From Kiritimatiellia bacterium (lineage in GTDB: Bacteria; Verrucomicrobiota; Kiritimatiellia; RFP12; UBA1067), in the NCBI GenBank assembly GCA_050949565.1, contig JBMNFY010000017.1, positions 512,001 through 576,000 on the forward strand: 64,000 bases of DNA, read 5' to 3'. The position numbers and the translations under genes were made by a program. The notes beneath the pieces were generated by a model. That model saw only the letters and a list, made by a program, of their open reading frames with translations. It made no database searches and was not told the origin of the DNA. Below are positions 8,853 to 18,224 of the stretch, in pieces. Numbering within the stretch: the stretch's first letter is position 1; every line of letters begins with the position of its first letter.

Positions 8853-9911
8853 ATGAGCCATCACCGCTTAGCAAACATCAATATCGAATCGGTCGAGTTG
8901 CTCGCGACACCGCGCGAGATGCGGGCCGCCGTGCCGCAGACCGACGCCTCCTTTGCTGCCGTGCTTCACGGACGCGAAACGATCAAGCGTATCCTTGATG
9001 GTGAGGACCATCGCCTGCTTGCGGTGGTCGGCCCCTGCTCAATCCACAACATCGACGCCGCCGAAGAGTATGCTCAGCGCTTGAAGCGGCTGAGTGATGA
9101 GATCAGCGATCGCATTTACGTGATCATGCGTGTTTATTTCGAGAAGCCGCGTTCAGTGCTCGGCTGGAAGGGCCTGATCAATGACCCCTACATGAACGAC
9201 ACCTTCCAAATCGAGGACGGCATCCGTATGGCACGCCGCTTTCTGGTGCGTGTTGCTGAGATCGGCCTACCGGCTGCGACCGAGGTGCTCGACACGCTCA
9301 TGCCGCAGTATATCGGCGATCTCATCTCGTGGTCCGTGATCGGTGCCCGCACCGCAGAGGCCCAGACACACCGCGAAATCGCCAGTGGTATCTCCACGCC
9401 GGTGGGTTTCAAAAACGCCACCGACGGCTCGTTCGACGCGGCCATCAACGGCATGCGTGCCGCGAAGGGACCGCACCATTTTCTCGGCGTGACTGAAGAC
9501 GGTCTGCCCGCCGTCTACAGCACCACCGGCAACGCCTACTCGCAGATCGTGCTACGCGGCGGTAAACAGCCGAACTACGACGCCGCCAACATCGCCCGCT
9601 GCGAGCAGGCACTGCGCGCCGCCCGCCTGCCCATCAATATCATCGTCGATTGCAGCCATAGCAACTCTCACAAAAAACCGGAGTTACAGGGCGAGGTGCT
9701 GAACGACATTCTCACCCAGATCGAACAGGGCAACCGTTCGATCCGCGGTTTCATGCTTGAAAGTCACCTTGAATGGGGTGCGCAACCCATGCCAAAAGAC
9801 CTGTCGGTCCTGCGCCCTGGACTCTCTGTGACCGACGCCTGCATCGACTGGCCCACCACCGAAAAGCTTTTGCGCGAAGCGCGCCGTCGGAGTGCGATTC
9901 GACTAAATTGA
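8853..9911 (+). CDS. 3-deoxy-7-phosphoheptulonate synthase, class I-alpha (AroF/G/H type)
   Basis: VVGPCSIH, MRVYFEKPR..GWKGLINDP, IGART, PVGFKNATDG, VDCSHSNS, SVTDACIDW. Confidence 0.95.
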   Translation: MSHHRLANINIESVELLATPREMRAAVPQTDASFAAVLHGRETIKRILDGEDHRLLAVVGPCSIHNIDAAEEYAQRLKRLSDEISDRIYVIMRVYFEKPRSVLGWKGLINDPYMNDTFQIEDGIRMARRFLVRVAEIGLPAATEVLDTLMPQYIGDLISWSVIGARTAEAQTHREIASGISTPVGFKNATDGSFDAAINGMRAAKGPHHFLGVTEDGLPAVYSTTGNAYSQIVLRGGKQPNYDAANIARCEQALRAARLPINIIVDCSHSNSHKKPELQGEVLNDILTQIEQGNRSIRGFMLESHLEWGAQPMPKDLSVLRPGLSVTDACIDWPTTEKLLREARRRSAIRLN

Positions 9912-10045
9912 ATTCGCACCCTCAACTAAGCTGATTCGCACAGGCTGATTCGCGCATTGATTCTCGTTCCATTGTCCTTTACACTGGGTCTTATGTTGTG
10001 GCGATCTATTAGAGCCGCTCGTATAAAACCAGAGAGGATGTTCGC

Positions 10046-11449
10046 GTGAATCGTTTTGTAGGAATCATTGTGTCCATCGGGCTTGCCGCTGGTTTCGCGG
10101 TTGCGGAGCGCACCGCACCGGCCGTTTTCCATGTCGACAGCGAGGCCGGGAACGACAACGCGGCGGGCACGCGGCCCGACACCGCATGGCGTACGCTCGA
10201 TAAGGTCAATACGGCCACGCTTATCCCCGGCGACCGGGTGCTCTTCAAGCGCGGTGGCCTCTGGCGCGGACGGCTCACACCGCAAAGCGGTGCGCCCGAT
10301 GCGCGCATCCTCTACGGTGCTTACGGCGACGGTGCCAAACCGATCCTGCAAGGCTCCGTGGCCCGCGATCAAGCCGATGAGTGGAACGAAGTGCGTCCCG
10401 GCCTGTGGGCCACCCGGAAACTCGAACCGATCCCTTTGGACGTCGGCATCGTGATCCTCAACCACGGCGAGAAGTGGGGCGTCAAAAAGTGGGCGCTGGA
10501 GGAGGTCAAGGCGCCGCTGGACTATTGGTACGATCCTGACGGAAAACGAATTTTCCTAGCGTGGCCCGCCAACCCCGCCGAGGCCTTCCACAGCGTGGAA
10601 TTAGCGCTCACGCGTCACATCATCAATCAAGGCAACAAACACGACATCACGTATGACGGACTCGCCATCCGCTACGGCGCGTCGCACGGATTCGGCGGCG
10701 GCAACACCCAGCGCATCACTATCCGCAACTGCGATCTCTCGTGGATCGGCGGCGGTCTGCAATACTGGAAAACGCGCAAGGACGGCACCCGCTACCCGGT
10801 GCGCTTCGGCAACGCCATCGAATTTTGGAGCGGTGCCAGAGACCATCTGGTCGAACGCAACCGCATCTGGGAGGTGTATGACGCGGCTCTTACCAATCAG
10901 GGCAACGGCGATGATTCCCACCAGATCAATATCATCTATCGCGACAACGTGATCTGGAATTCCGAATACTCCTTCGAGTTCTGGAACCGGCCAGCGTCAG
11001 TGGTCACAAGCAACATCGTGTTTGAATTCAACACCTGCGTGGATGCAGGTATCTGCTGGTCTCACGCACAACGGCCCAACCCCAACGGCGCACATCTGAT
11101 GTTCTACCACAACCCGTCGAAGACCTCAGATTTTATCGTGCGCAACAACATCTTCTGCCGTAGCAGCGACCGTTGCACGCGCATGTGGAATGTTTGGGAC
11201 GGTGCGCCGACTTTGTCCAACAATCTCTACTGGTCGCCGGACAAACCGATCATGCGTTGGACCGAGAAGACCGACTATGCGCAATCAGAGTTCGTCCGCT
11301 ACCAATCGGAACTGAGACTGGACCAAGGCTCGCTCGTCGGCGAACCGCAGTTCGTGAATCCCGCCGCCCGCGACTATCGCCTCAAGCCGGGCTCGCCCGG
11401 CAGCACGCTCGCAACCGACGGCGGGCCGGTCGGCGCGCGTATACAGTGA
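10046..11449 (+). CDS. Secreted right-handed parallel beta-helix protein (putative polysaccharide lyase/hydrolase)
   Basis: Signal peptide, HVDSEAGND..G..PDTAWRTL, PGDRVLFKRGG, Asn-ladder repeats, C-terminal DYRLKPGSP. Confidence 0.8.
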   Translation: MNRFVGIIVSIGLAAGFAVAERTAPAVFHVDSEAGNDNAAGTRPDTAWRTLDKVNTATLIPGDRVLFKRGGLWRGRLTPQSGAPDARILYGAYGDGAKPILQGSVARDQADEWNEVRPGLWATRKLEPIPLDVGIVILNHGEKWGVKKWALEEVKAPLDYWYDPDGKRIFLAWPANPAEAFHSVELALTRHIINQGNKHDITYDGLAIRYGASHGFGGGNTQRITIRNCDLSWIGGGLQYWKTRKDGTRYPVRFGNAIEFWSGARDHLVERNRIWEVYDAALTNQGNGDDSHQINIIYRDNVIWNSEYSFEFWNRPASVVTSNIVFEFNTCVDAGICWSHAQRPNPNGAHLMFYHNPSKTSDFIVRNNIFCRSSDRCTRMWNVWDGAPTLSNNLYWSPDKPIMRWTEKTDYAQSEFVRYQSELRLDQGSLVGEPQFVNPAARDYRLKPGSPGSTLATDGGPVGARIQ

Positions 11450-11475
11450 ATGCTCAACAAGGGAGGAGTATCCAA

Positions 11476-14124
11476 ATGAAAACAAAGTTCTTTTGCATGC
11501 TGTCACTGCTCGCGGCTTGCTGCTGGACGGCGCACGGCGCGGTGATTGATTTGAACGGAGTCGATCTGACGGTGACTGAACCGAATGCGGATGGCTACGT
11601 GAACACGTCGCAAACGGCTGCCACGCTGACACTCGATCTTGCTGGACCCGTCGCGTACGCGGGAACGATCTCGGGGAACCTCTCACTTATCAAGGCGGGG
11701 GCGGGCACGCTCACGCTGTCGAATGCCTGCCCCTACACAGGCACGACGCATGTGAATGGCGGTGTCCTTGAAGCGCCCACAGATGCCTATTTCGGCTCAG
11801 GAGACGGCGGAGCCGCTGTCACCCTTTCCAACGATGCCCGTGTTCGATTGACAACAACCTGCACGTTGCGCAAACGGCCGTTCGGCGTGACGGAGGGTGC
11901 CACCGGTCATTTGGAAATGCCTGCCGATGTCGTGGTGACAACGCCCGTCTCAAACCTGTTCTTTAAGGGGGCTGTGCTTGCAAAATCGGGCAGCGGTACA
12001 CTTACGATCTATGCCGCAGGCGAGATCAAGTTCAATGCGAACGGTTCAGCGGCCGTCGCAGGCGGCACCTTGCGGGTAGTCGAAGGTTCGCTTGCCGTAA
12101 CTTCCCCCCCCGATGTGTTCGGCAATGCGTCCGGTCCGGCGAATATGACGCTGGAGCTTTGTTCAGGCATCACGCTCGATCTAGACCGTCAACGCACTCC
12201 GCTCCCCCAGCGCAGCCTGTTGCGCGGAGCAAAGATCACAACCAAGCAACGTGCGCCCGAGTACAAACGGTTTGAGCGATTCGCCTACATGAAGGATTAC
12301 GACCTCAACAGCGTCTTCACGGTTTATCCCGGCGAAGGGAATGCGATCACTTCCGTTATTTCCGCCGTTGACGGTTGCCATTTGGCCCAACAAACGGGCG
12401 ACACCGTCTTCGACGTTAAAGAAGGTGCCGTTCTGCGCATTGAAGCAAAACTCTACAACGCTTTTACGAAGACCAGTGCGATCCAAGGCTTCGTCAAGCG
12501 CGGAGCGGGGACGCTCGTAATGGCGCAACCTTGCAGTGCAAACGGCACGCTGGTCGTGGAGGCCGGAACAGTTGTTTTCACGCGCTCGGCCTACCTCGCG
12601 AGCGCGATGACGCTGGCCGTGTGGCCGGGCGCGACGGTCGTGCTCGACGACGATACGATCCTCGCTTCGCCGCTGGAGATCCCCGCCGGTGACGGCGTCG
12701 TGACGTTCACCGTGCCCGACGGCGCGGCGGCGGTCTATGCGAATCCCGGCACGTCTGCCGCGCCTGAAGGCTCGCGGACGCTGGTCAAGGCAGGCGACGG
12801 CACGCTCTCGTGGACAGGCGGCGATGCGGGATTGACAGCGTTGACCGCATCCGGCGGCACACTCGCCCTGCGCGCCTCGAACCTGCTCTCGCGGGCGGCG
12901 ATCTGGGTAGATCCCTCCGACGCAACAACGGTGACAACGGATGATTCCGATGGCACGCTGCGCGTCACTGAGCTGCGCAACAAGGGGCGCACGGGGGGTG
13001 CGTTCGTGCGGGGTGCCGCTTACGGGGCGGAGGGCAGCATGTGCGCCGCCCCCGCTTATTTGGCCACCGGCATCAACGGTCTTGCCACGTTGAGCTTCGA
13101 CGGCAACACCGCGCTTGCCACGCGCGCCTTTACGAACCGGCCGGACACGGTGCGATCGCTCTTTGTTTTTTGCGTGTTCTCGCGAGACAGGGCATATGAA
13201 AAAACAACGCCCTACGGCCCGTGGAATGGCCCTTTCTCATTTTCAAGTGCAGTGAACTCAGGCATAGACACCGACTACACAACAGGATTTTGCGTGTATG
13301 AGCATCATACTGACAGCACCATCAGATTCCTCATCCGAGGGTGCGGAAGCGGCAATGTGGATATGAACTCGGCCAACCTCGTACAGAACGAGCCCTACCT
13401 GTTCGTAGCCCTGCAACGAGCCGGCGGAGGCTATTACGGGTTGGAATGCGCGGCGGACAACAGCACCTCGTTGCCTGGCAACCGTTTCCAGCACGGCGGA
13501 TCGTTTTCCGTTCCGCCGCTTGCCGTTGACATCGTCCTGTTGGGCGGGCGGCTGGGCTCCTACGGACGCGCCCTTTGGACTGCCAAGGACAACACGGCAA
13601 ACCGCATGTGGTTCGGGCGGATGGGCGAATTCATCATGTTCGACAGTGACCTTGCACAACAGGATCAGGATCTTCTGCTCTCCTACCTACGGAAGAAGTG
13701 GCTGAATAAGGGTGACGGCAGCACAACACCGCCTGCTTGTCTGGCCGGCGTAACACCGTCGGCCCCCGCCTTGGCCGCAGCCGCACTTTCAGTGAAGGGC
13801 GGCGCAATGCTGGAGCACGCCGCCCCGACGCAAACACTCGGCGCGCTTGATCTGGAGGATGGCGCGACGCTCGCACAGAAACCGGGGGCGGCGTCCCCAC
13901 TGTTCACTGTGCTTGGTGCAGCGACGTTATCCGGCGCATTAACGCTGGACGTCGATCCTGAACCGACCGAATCGATGCGGCTCTTCACCTACGAGACGTT
14001 GCTAGATTCGTCATCCTGGACAATTACCGGCGGGAACTCAGGGGTTCTGTCAGTCGGTAGCCGCCCTGAAACAAGCGCCTACTGGCTCAAGGTCACTTCT
14101 GGTACCATGGTCATCGTCCGTTAA
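11476..14124 (+). CDS. Large secreted protein with autotransporter-associated beta-strand repeats and a LamG-like domain; ends GTMVIVR
   Basis: True start at ATG 11476 after GGAGG, with signal peptide. Repeated LxKxGxGTLTL. WVDPSD..G(R)MGEFIMFD LamG-like block. No C-terminal barrel. Confidence 0.8.
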   Translation: MKTKFFCMLSLLAACCWTAHGAVIDLNGVDLTVTEPNADGYVNTSQTAATLTLDLAGPVAYAGTISGNLSLIKAGAGTLTLSNACPYTGTTHVNGGVLEAPTDAYFGSGDGGAAVTLSNDARVRLTTTCTLRKRPFGVTEGATGHLEMPADVVVTTPVSNLFFKGAVLAKSGSGTLTIYAAGEIKFNANGSAAVAGGTLRVVEGSLAVTSPPDVFGNASGPANMTLELCSGITLDLDRQRTPLPQRSLLRGAKITTKQRAPEYKRFERFAYMKDYDLNSVFTVYPGEGNAITSVISAVDGCHLAQQTGDTVFDVKEGAVLRIEAKLYNAFTKTSAIQGFVKRGAGTLVMAQPCSANGTLVVEAGTVVFTRSAYLASAMTLAVWPGATVVLDDDTILASPLEIPAGDGVVTFTVPDGAAAVYANPGTSAAPEGSRTLVKAGDGTLSWTGGDAGLTALTASGGTLALRASNLLSRAAIWVDPSDATTVTTDDSDGTLRVTELRNKGRTGGAFVRGAAYGAEGSMCAAPAYLATGINGLATLSFDGNTALATRAFTNRPDTVRSLFVFCVFSRDRAYEKTTPYGPWNGPFSFSSAVNSGIDTDYTTGFCVYEHHTDSTIRFLIRGCGSGNVDMNSANLVQNEPYLFVALQRAGGGYYGLECAADNSTSLPGNRFQHGGSFSVPPLAVDIVLLGGRLGSYGRALWTAKDNTANRMWFGRMGEFIMFDSDLAQQDQDLLLSYLRKKWLNKGDGSTTPPACLAGVTPSAPALAAAALSVKGGAMLEHAAPTQTLGALDLEDGATLAQKPGAASPLFTVLGAATLSGALTLDVDPEPTESMRLFTYETLLDSSSWTITGGNSGVLSVGSRPETSAYWLKVTSGTMVIVR

Positions 14125-14141
14125 ACAAGAGGAAGTTTTTT

Positions 14142-15308
14142 GTGAACACCTGTATTTCTGAAAGAACCGTCGCACTGCTGCTCGCAACCTGTTGTATGTC
14201 GAGTTTCGTATCCGCATCTCCGAGTGGCGATCGCCCCGACGAACGGCACGCTTGGGCCGTGCATGATGCACATCGCCCGAACCCCCCGAAGATCACCGCT
14301 GAGGAGGGCCGTCCGCCCTCTGATGCGATCGTCCTTTTTGACGGCACGGCCGAATCGGTGGCCAAACATTGGCGCGATGCGTCGGGCGGCCCCTCGAAGT
14401 GGACAGTCAAGGACGGACTCTTCATCTGTACCCCTCGTTCCGGTGGCGCTTTCACACGGGAGGAGTTTGGGGCCTGTCAGTTGCATCTCGAATGGCTGTC
14501 GCCTGTGGGAGATCCCGGGCTCGGGAACTCCGGCGCGATCCTCATGAGTTGTTACGAAGTTCAGATACTGAATTCCGACTTCACCGACCTCACGTACAAA
14601 GACCGCCGCCGTGCGAACTACGCGGATGGTCAAGCGGGCGCGATTTACGGTCAAAGTCCCCCGCTCGTCAATCCCGCCCGCCCTACCGGTGTGTGGCAGA
14701 CATACGACATCATTTTCCATCCGCCGCTGTGGGACGGCGACCAATTAATCGATCCGGGCAGCATAACCGTATTTTTTAACGGCGTGCTCGTACAGGACGC
14801 CTGGCCGCTTGAAGGACGTTGCCACTGGCAACTTCGCACGAAGCATGAAAAAGCACCGCCGACAGGACCGCTCCGCTTGCAGGATCACGGCAACCCCGTG
14901 CCGTTCCGCAACATCTGGATCCGGCGCATCCCCTCGCGGTTCGCAAATACGGTCCATGGCGGTCCGGGCGTAAAACTGGATGACGTGGCCGCTAAACGGG
15001 CCGAACTCGCAGCGCACACGCTCGCATTGGCAGAGGAAGCGACCGAACTGACCGAAAAGGTAATCTGCCTCTACGAGTCGCTAGGCTATCGTTCCGATCC
15101 CGCTGTAAAAGCGAAAGCAGAGGATGCCGCCGCACGTTACGCCGCCTCGCTGGACGCTCGCGACAGCGCTGCCTGCCGAAAAATCCAGGCTGAGTTAAGA
15201 GGCATGAAGCTTTTTGTAGACATGTTAATCCGCAACGGTCTGACCGAACGGGAGTCCCCACTTGCGAAGGCGGTTGCCCGGGCATTGAACGAAGCAAAAA
15301 AACAGTGA
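14142..15308 (+). CDS. DUF1080 (3-keto-disaccharide hydrolase-like) protein with helical C-terminal extension
   Basis: PPSDAIVLFDG, QLHLEW, GNSG, YEVQIL, GAIYGQ, WQTYDI, LQDHGNPVPFRNIWIR. Confidence 0.9.
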   Translation: MNTCISERTVALLLATCCMSSFVSASPSGDRPDERHAWAVHDAHRPNPPKITAEEGRPPSDAIVLFDGTAESVAKHWRDASGGPSKWTVKDGLFICTPRSGGAFTREEFGACQLHLEWLSPVGDPGLGNSGAILMSCYEVQILNSDFTDLTYKDRRRANYADGQAGAIYGQSPPLVNPARPTGVWQTYDIIFHPPLWDGDQLIDPGSITVFFNGVLVQDAWPLEGRCHWQLRTKHEKAPPTGPLRLQDHGNPVPFRNIWIRRIPSRFANTVHGGPGVKLDDVAAKRAELAAHTLALAEEATELTEKVICLYESLGYRSDPAVKAKAEDAAARYAASLDARDSAACRKIQAELRGMKLFVDMLIRNGLTERESPLAKAVARALNEAKKQ

Positions 15309-15327
15309 GGTCCTTGCAAGGCCCCTC

Positions 15328-15374
15328 GTGGCATGGGCGTCCCGCCCATGGAACACGGGCAAGATGCCCGTGCC
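15328..15374. repeat. REP-like double hairpin GTGGCATGGGCGTCCCGCCCATG / CACGGGCAAGATGCCCGTGCCAC
   Basis: Two short palindromes enclosed by GTGGCA..TGCCAC. Confidence 0.75.
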
Positions 15375-15430
15375 ACACTCCGCAAGCAAGGGGTTTTGCA
15401 AGAGCCTCCAATAAGAGGGAGAACCATCAC

Positions 15431-16813
15431 ATGAAACTGAAGAGACGTAACTTTATCGGACTCGCCCTGTCTTCGGGTGCTGCCATCGGCTTCCCGGCCA
15501 TTGTTTCAGCCCGATCCCCCAACAGCCGCCTCGTCCATGCGTGTATCGGTACAAACGGCATGGCTGGCGCGGACATGCGGACGTTCAACTCATTCAAGGA
15601 CATTTTAGAGGTCGGCGCGATCTGCGACGTAGACTCGCGCTCCCTTGAAGCGGCCAAGCAAGTCGTCCCGAATGCGCGCGTCTACCGCGACTGGCGCGAG
15701 CTACTGGAAAAGGAGGGCGACCGGATCGACAGCGTGAATGTCTCAACGCCCGACCACACACACACGATCATAGCGGCCAACGCGTTGGCGCGCGGCAAGC
15801 ACGTCTACGTCCAAAAGCCGCTCTGCAAGAAACTGGACGAGTGCCGCCTGCTGCGGCGTCTCGCCGCCGAAAAAGGTGTCGTGACTCAGTTGGGCACGCA
15901 GTTTGCCGCCCACCTCGGTGACCGACAGACCGTGGAGTTTTTGAAGACAGGTGCCATCGGCCCTGTCAAACGTGTGTGTCTGTATTCCACGCGCAACGGT
16001 GTCTCGCGCCGCGAACGTGTCTTGAAACCTGCGGCGGCGGTTCCCGACACACTCGATTGGGAGGGATGGATCGGCCCCGCGCCGATGCGCGACTATGCCC
16101 CCGGTTACCATCCCACGCTCTGGCGTATGTGGCGTGACTTCGGCTCGGGCTGGATCGGCGACCTTTGCATCCACGTGATCAGCGCGCCGTGGATCGGCAT
16201 GGAACTCGGCCAGACAGCGCCGCTCGCCGTGCAGGCCAAGGTGAATCCTGAGTTCCATTCGGATCCCGTTTACCGGCAAGCTTGGCCGCGTTACTCGCAC
16301 ATCACATGGGAGTTCCCCGGCGTTGCGGCCTCGGGTGGTAAACCATTCGTCATGGAATGGTGTTCCGGCATCGCGGAGGATAAGACCGTGACGCCCGAGT
16401 TTTTGCCGCCGGCCGCTTATGATGAACTTTTCGCAAAGACGCCTCTCAAGACGCGTTCCCCCGAAGGCCGTGTCATCGAGGGCGAAAAAGGTTGGATCCT
16501 CGCACCCCACAGCGACTCGGCAACGATGGTGCTGTTACGTGACGGCACAGTGATCCGGCCGCCGAAGCTCGACAGAGTCCCCTCTCACCACCACGAATTT
16601 GTCAATAAATGCCGTGAAGGCGGCAAGACACGCAGCGACTTCTCGTGGACAACCTGGATGATGGAGACCGTTGTCATGGGCGGCGTCTGTGAACAACTGC
16701 CCGATCGCCGCTTCACTTGGAATGTGGCCAAAGCCTGCTTTGATAATGCGCCGGACGCCAACGCGCTTCTGAAAAGCAATTACCGCGCAGGCTGGGAACT
16801 TAAAGGGCTCTGA
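15431..16813 (+). CDS. Tat-exported Gfo/Idh/MocA oxidoreductase
   Basis: KRRNFIG signal, YRDWRELL, STPDHTH, HVYVQKPL, WRMWRDFGSGWIGD. Confidence 0.92.
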   Translation: MKLKRRNFIGLALSSGAAIGFPAIVSARSPNSRLVHACIGTNGMAGADMRTFNSFKDILEVGAICDVDSRSLEAAKQVVPNARVYRDWRELLEKEGDRIDSVNVSTPDHTHTIIAANALARGKHVYVQKPLCKKLDECRLLRRLAAEKGVVTQLGTQFAAHLGDRQTVEFLKTGAIGPVKRVCLYSTRNGVSRRERVLKPAAAVPDTLDWEGWIGPAPMRDYAPGYHPTLWRMWRDFGSGWIGDLCIHVISAPWIGMELGQTAPLAVQAKVNPEFHSDPVYRQAWPRYSHITWEFPGVAASGGKPFVMEWCSGIAEDKTVTPEFLPPAAYDELFAKTPLKTRSPEGRVIEGEKGWILAPHSDSATMVLLRDGTVIRPPKLDRVPSHHHEFVNKCREGGKTRSDFSWTTWMMETVVMGGVCEQLPDRRFTWNVAKACFDNAPDANALLKSNYRAGWELKGL

Positions 16814-17958
16814 GAGTTATTCGCTTTCTCTTGCAGCCACTTCACGGCTGGCGGAAAGCCTTGCCGTGCTGATTTTTCGATCCATGTTGCGGCGACTGCG
16901 ACATCTGCGGCCGTGCCCTGACCGGACGCCAGCATCAGTCCCAGCCTGAACTGCGCCCCCGCATGCCCTTGATCGGCGGCCTTGCGGAACCAAGCCTGCG
17001 CCTCGGCGAAACTTTGCTCGACGCCAATGCCCTTGTAGTAGGCCGCACCGAGATTGCTCTGGCCGTCATCGCAGCCGCGCTCCGCCGACTTGCGGAACCA
17101 AGCGACGGCCTGCGCGTCATCACGCGGCATGGCCTCGCCGCGACTCGCCATCACGCCGAGATTGGACATCGCCAGTGCGTTGTCCTGCGCTGCGGCGCGC
17201 TCGAACCAGATGCGCGCCTCGTCGAATGACTGCGCGACGCCCCGGCCACGGTAGCGCGCAATCCCGAGTTGCGTCTGCGCGGTCGCATGGCCCTGCTCGG
17301 CCGCCTTGCTGTACCAACGCACACTCTCCGTATCATTCTGCGCCACCACGTAGCCCTTTTGATACATGAGGCCCAATGCCACCTGTGCCGTTTCGTCGCC
17401 CTGATCCGCTGCACGTTTCAGCCACACCACGCCCGCCTCCGGATCGCGCACGCTGCTGCTTTGCGAGAGTAGCAACGCGCCTAGACTCGCCTGCGATGAC
17501 GCATGCCCCTGCCGGGCGGCCTTGGCCAACCACTGCTCAGCTTGGCGCTCATCGATCGACACGTCACCGGGCATGCCCTTCATGTACAGGAGCCCAAGCG
17601 CTGCCTGCGCTTTTAGATACCCGTTCTCACCAGACTTCCGCAACCACGCCAAGCCTTCGCCCACGTTGCGCGGCAAACCTTCGCCATACAGCAACGAGAA
17701 CCCCAGCGTATACTGCGCCGCCGCATCGCCAGCCTCCGCGCCCGCTTTCAGCGCATCATCCGCTGTCACCTCGGCGCGCCGCGACCAAGGCGGCCAACCC
17801 CACGACCACCTCCCCGTCTCCGATGTCCGCAGATGCGTACAGCCGCACAGGCTTACCAGCAAAGTGATCCACAGCGCCCGATGTACATGACGGAGCGTAC
17901 ACGTAGACAGGGCGACAACACCCACGAAAGTGGAATTTATTCTCGGGACAAAGCACAT
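16780..17958 (-). CDS. Sel1-like repeat protein (possible lipoprotein); start uncertain
   Basis: About eight WxxKAAxQG..AQ..LG repeats and an LCGC lipobox-like motif. Confidence 0.88.
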   Translation of the reverse strand: MCFVPRINSTFVGVVALSTCTLRHVHRALWITLLVSLCGCTHLRTSETGRWSWGWPPWSRRAEVTADDALKAGAEAGDAAAQYTLGFSLLYGEGLPRNVGEGLAWLRKSGENGYLKAQAALGLLYMKGMPGDVSIDERQAEQWLAKAARQGHASSQASLGALLLSQSSSVRDPEAGVVWLKRAADQGDETAQVALGLMYQKGYVVAQNDTESVRWYSKAAEQGHATAQTQLGIARYRGRGVAQSFDEARIWFERAAAQDNALAMSNLGVMASRGEAMPRDDAQAVAWFRKSAERGCDDGQSNLGAAYYKGIGVEQSFAEAQAWFRKAADQGHAGAQFRLGLMLASGQGTAADVAVAATWIEKSARQGFPPAVKWLQEKANNSQSPLSSQPAR

Positions 17959-18224
17959 GAATGCCTGTCACTTTACACCAAAACGGGCATTGCCGCAATA
18001 GCCATGCAATTCGGTTTCGCAACCGCGACTGAATCGCACCAAGGAAAATTTAGGAGTTTGGATAAAGCCTGACCCCAAAAAACCTTCGTGTGGAAAAAAC
18101 CGAGCAACGCCACCCTGTCAACTTACCGGTTGTTCCGGCGTTGGGCTTTCCCTTAGTCATAAACCCTGTTATGATCGTTCTGTTTTGTGATCCGTAACCG
18201 ATCCTGTGCAAAGGAGCTTAACCC

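Noticed and set aside
11173-11475. N-terminal extensions given by the ORF track (also 15305, 30557, 32645, 47049, 48675, 62507)
   Set aside because: Downstream ATGs have RBSs, signal peptides or family-typical starts, while the extensions overlap other genes or repeats.
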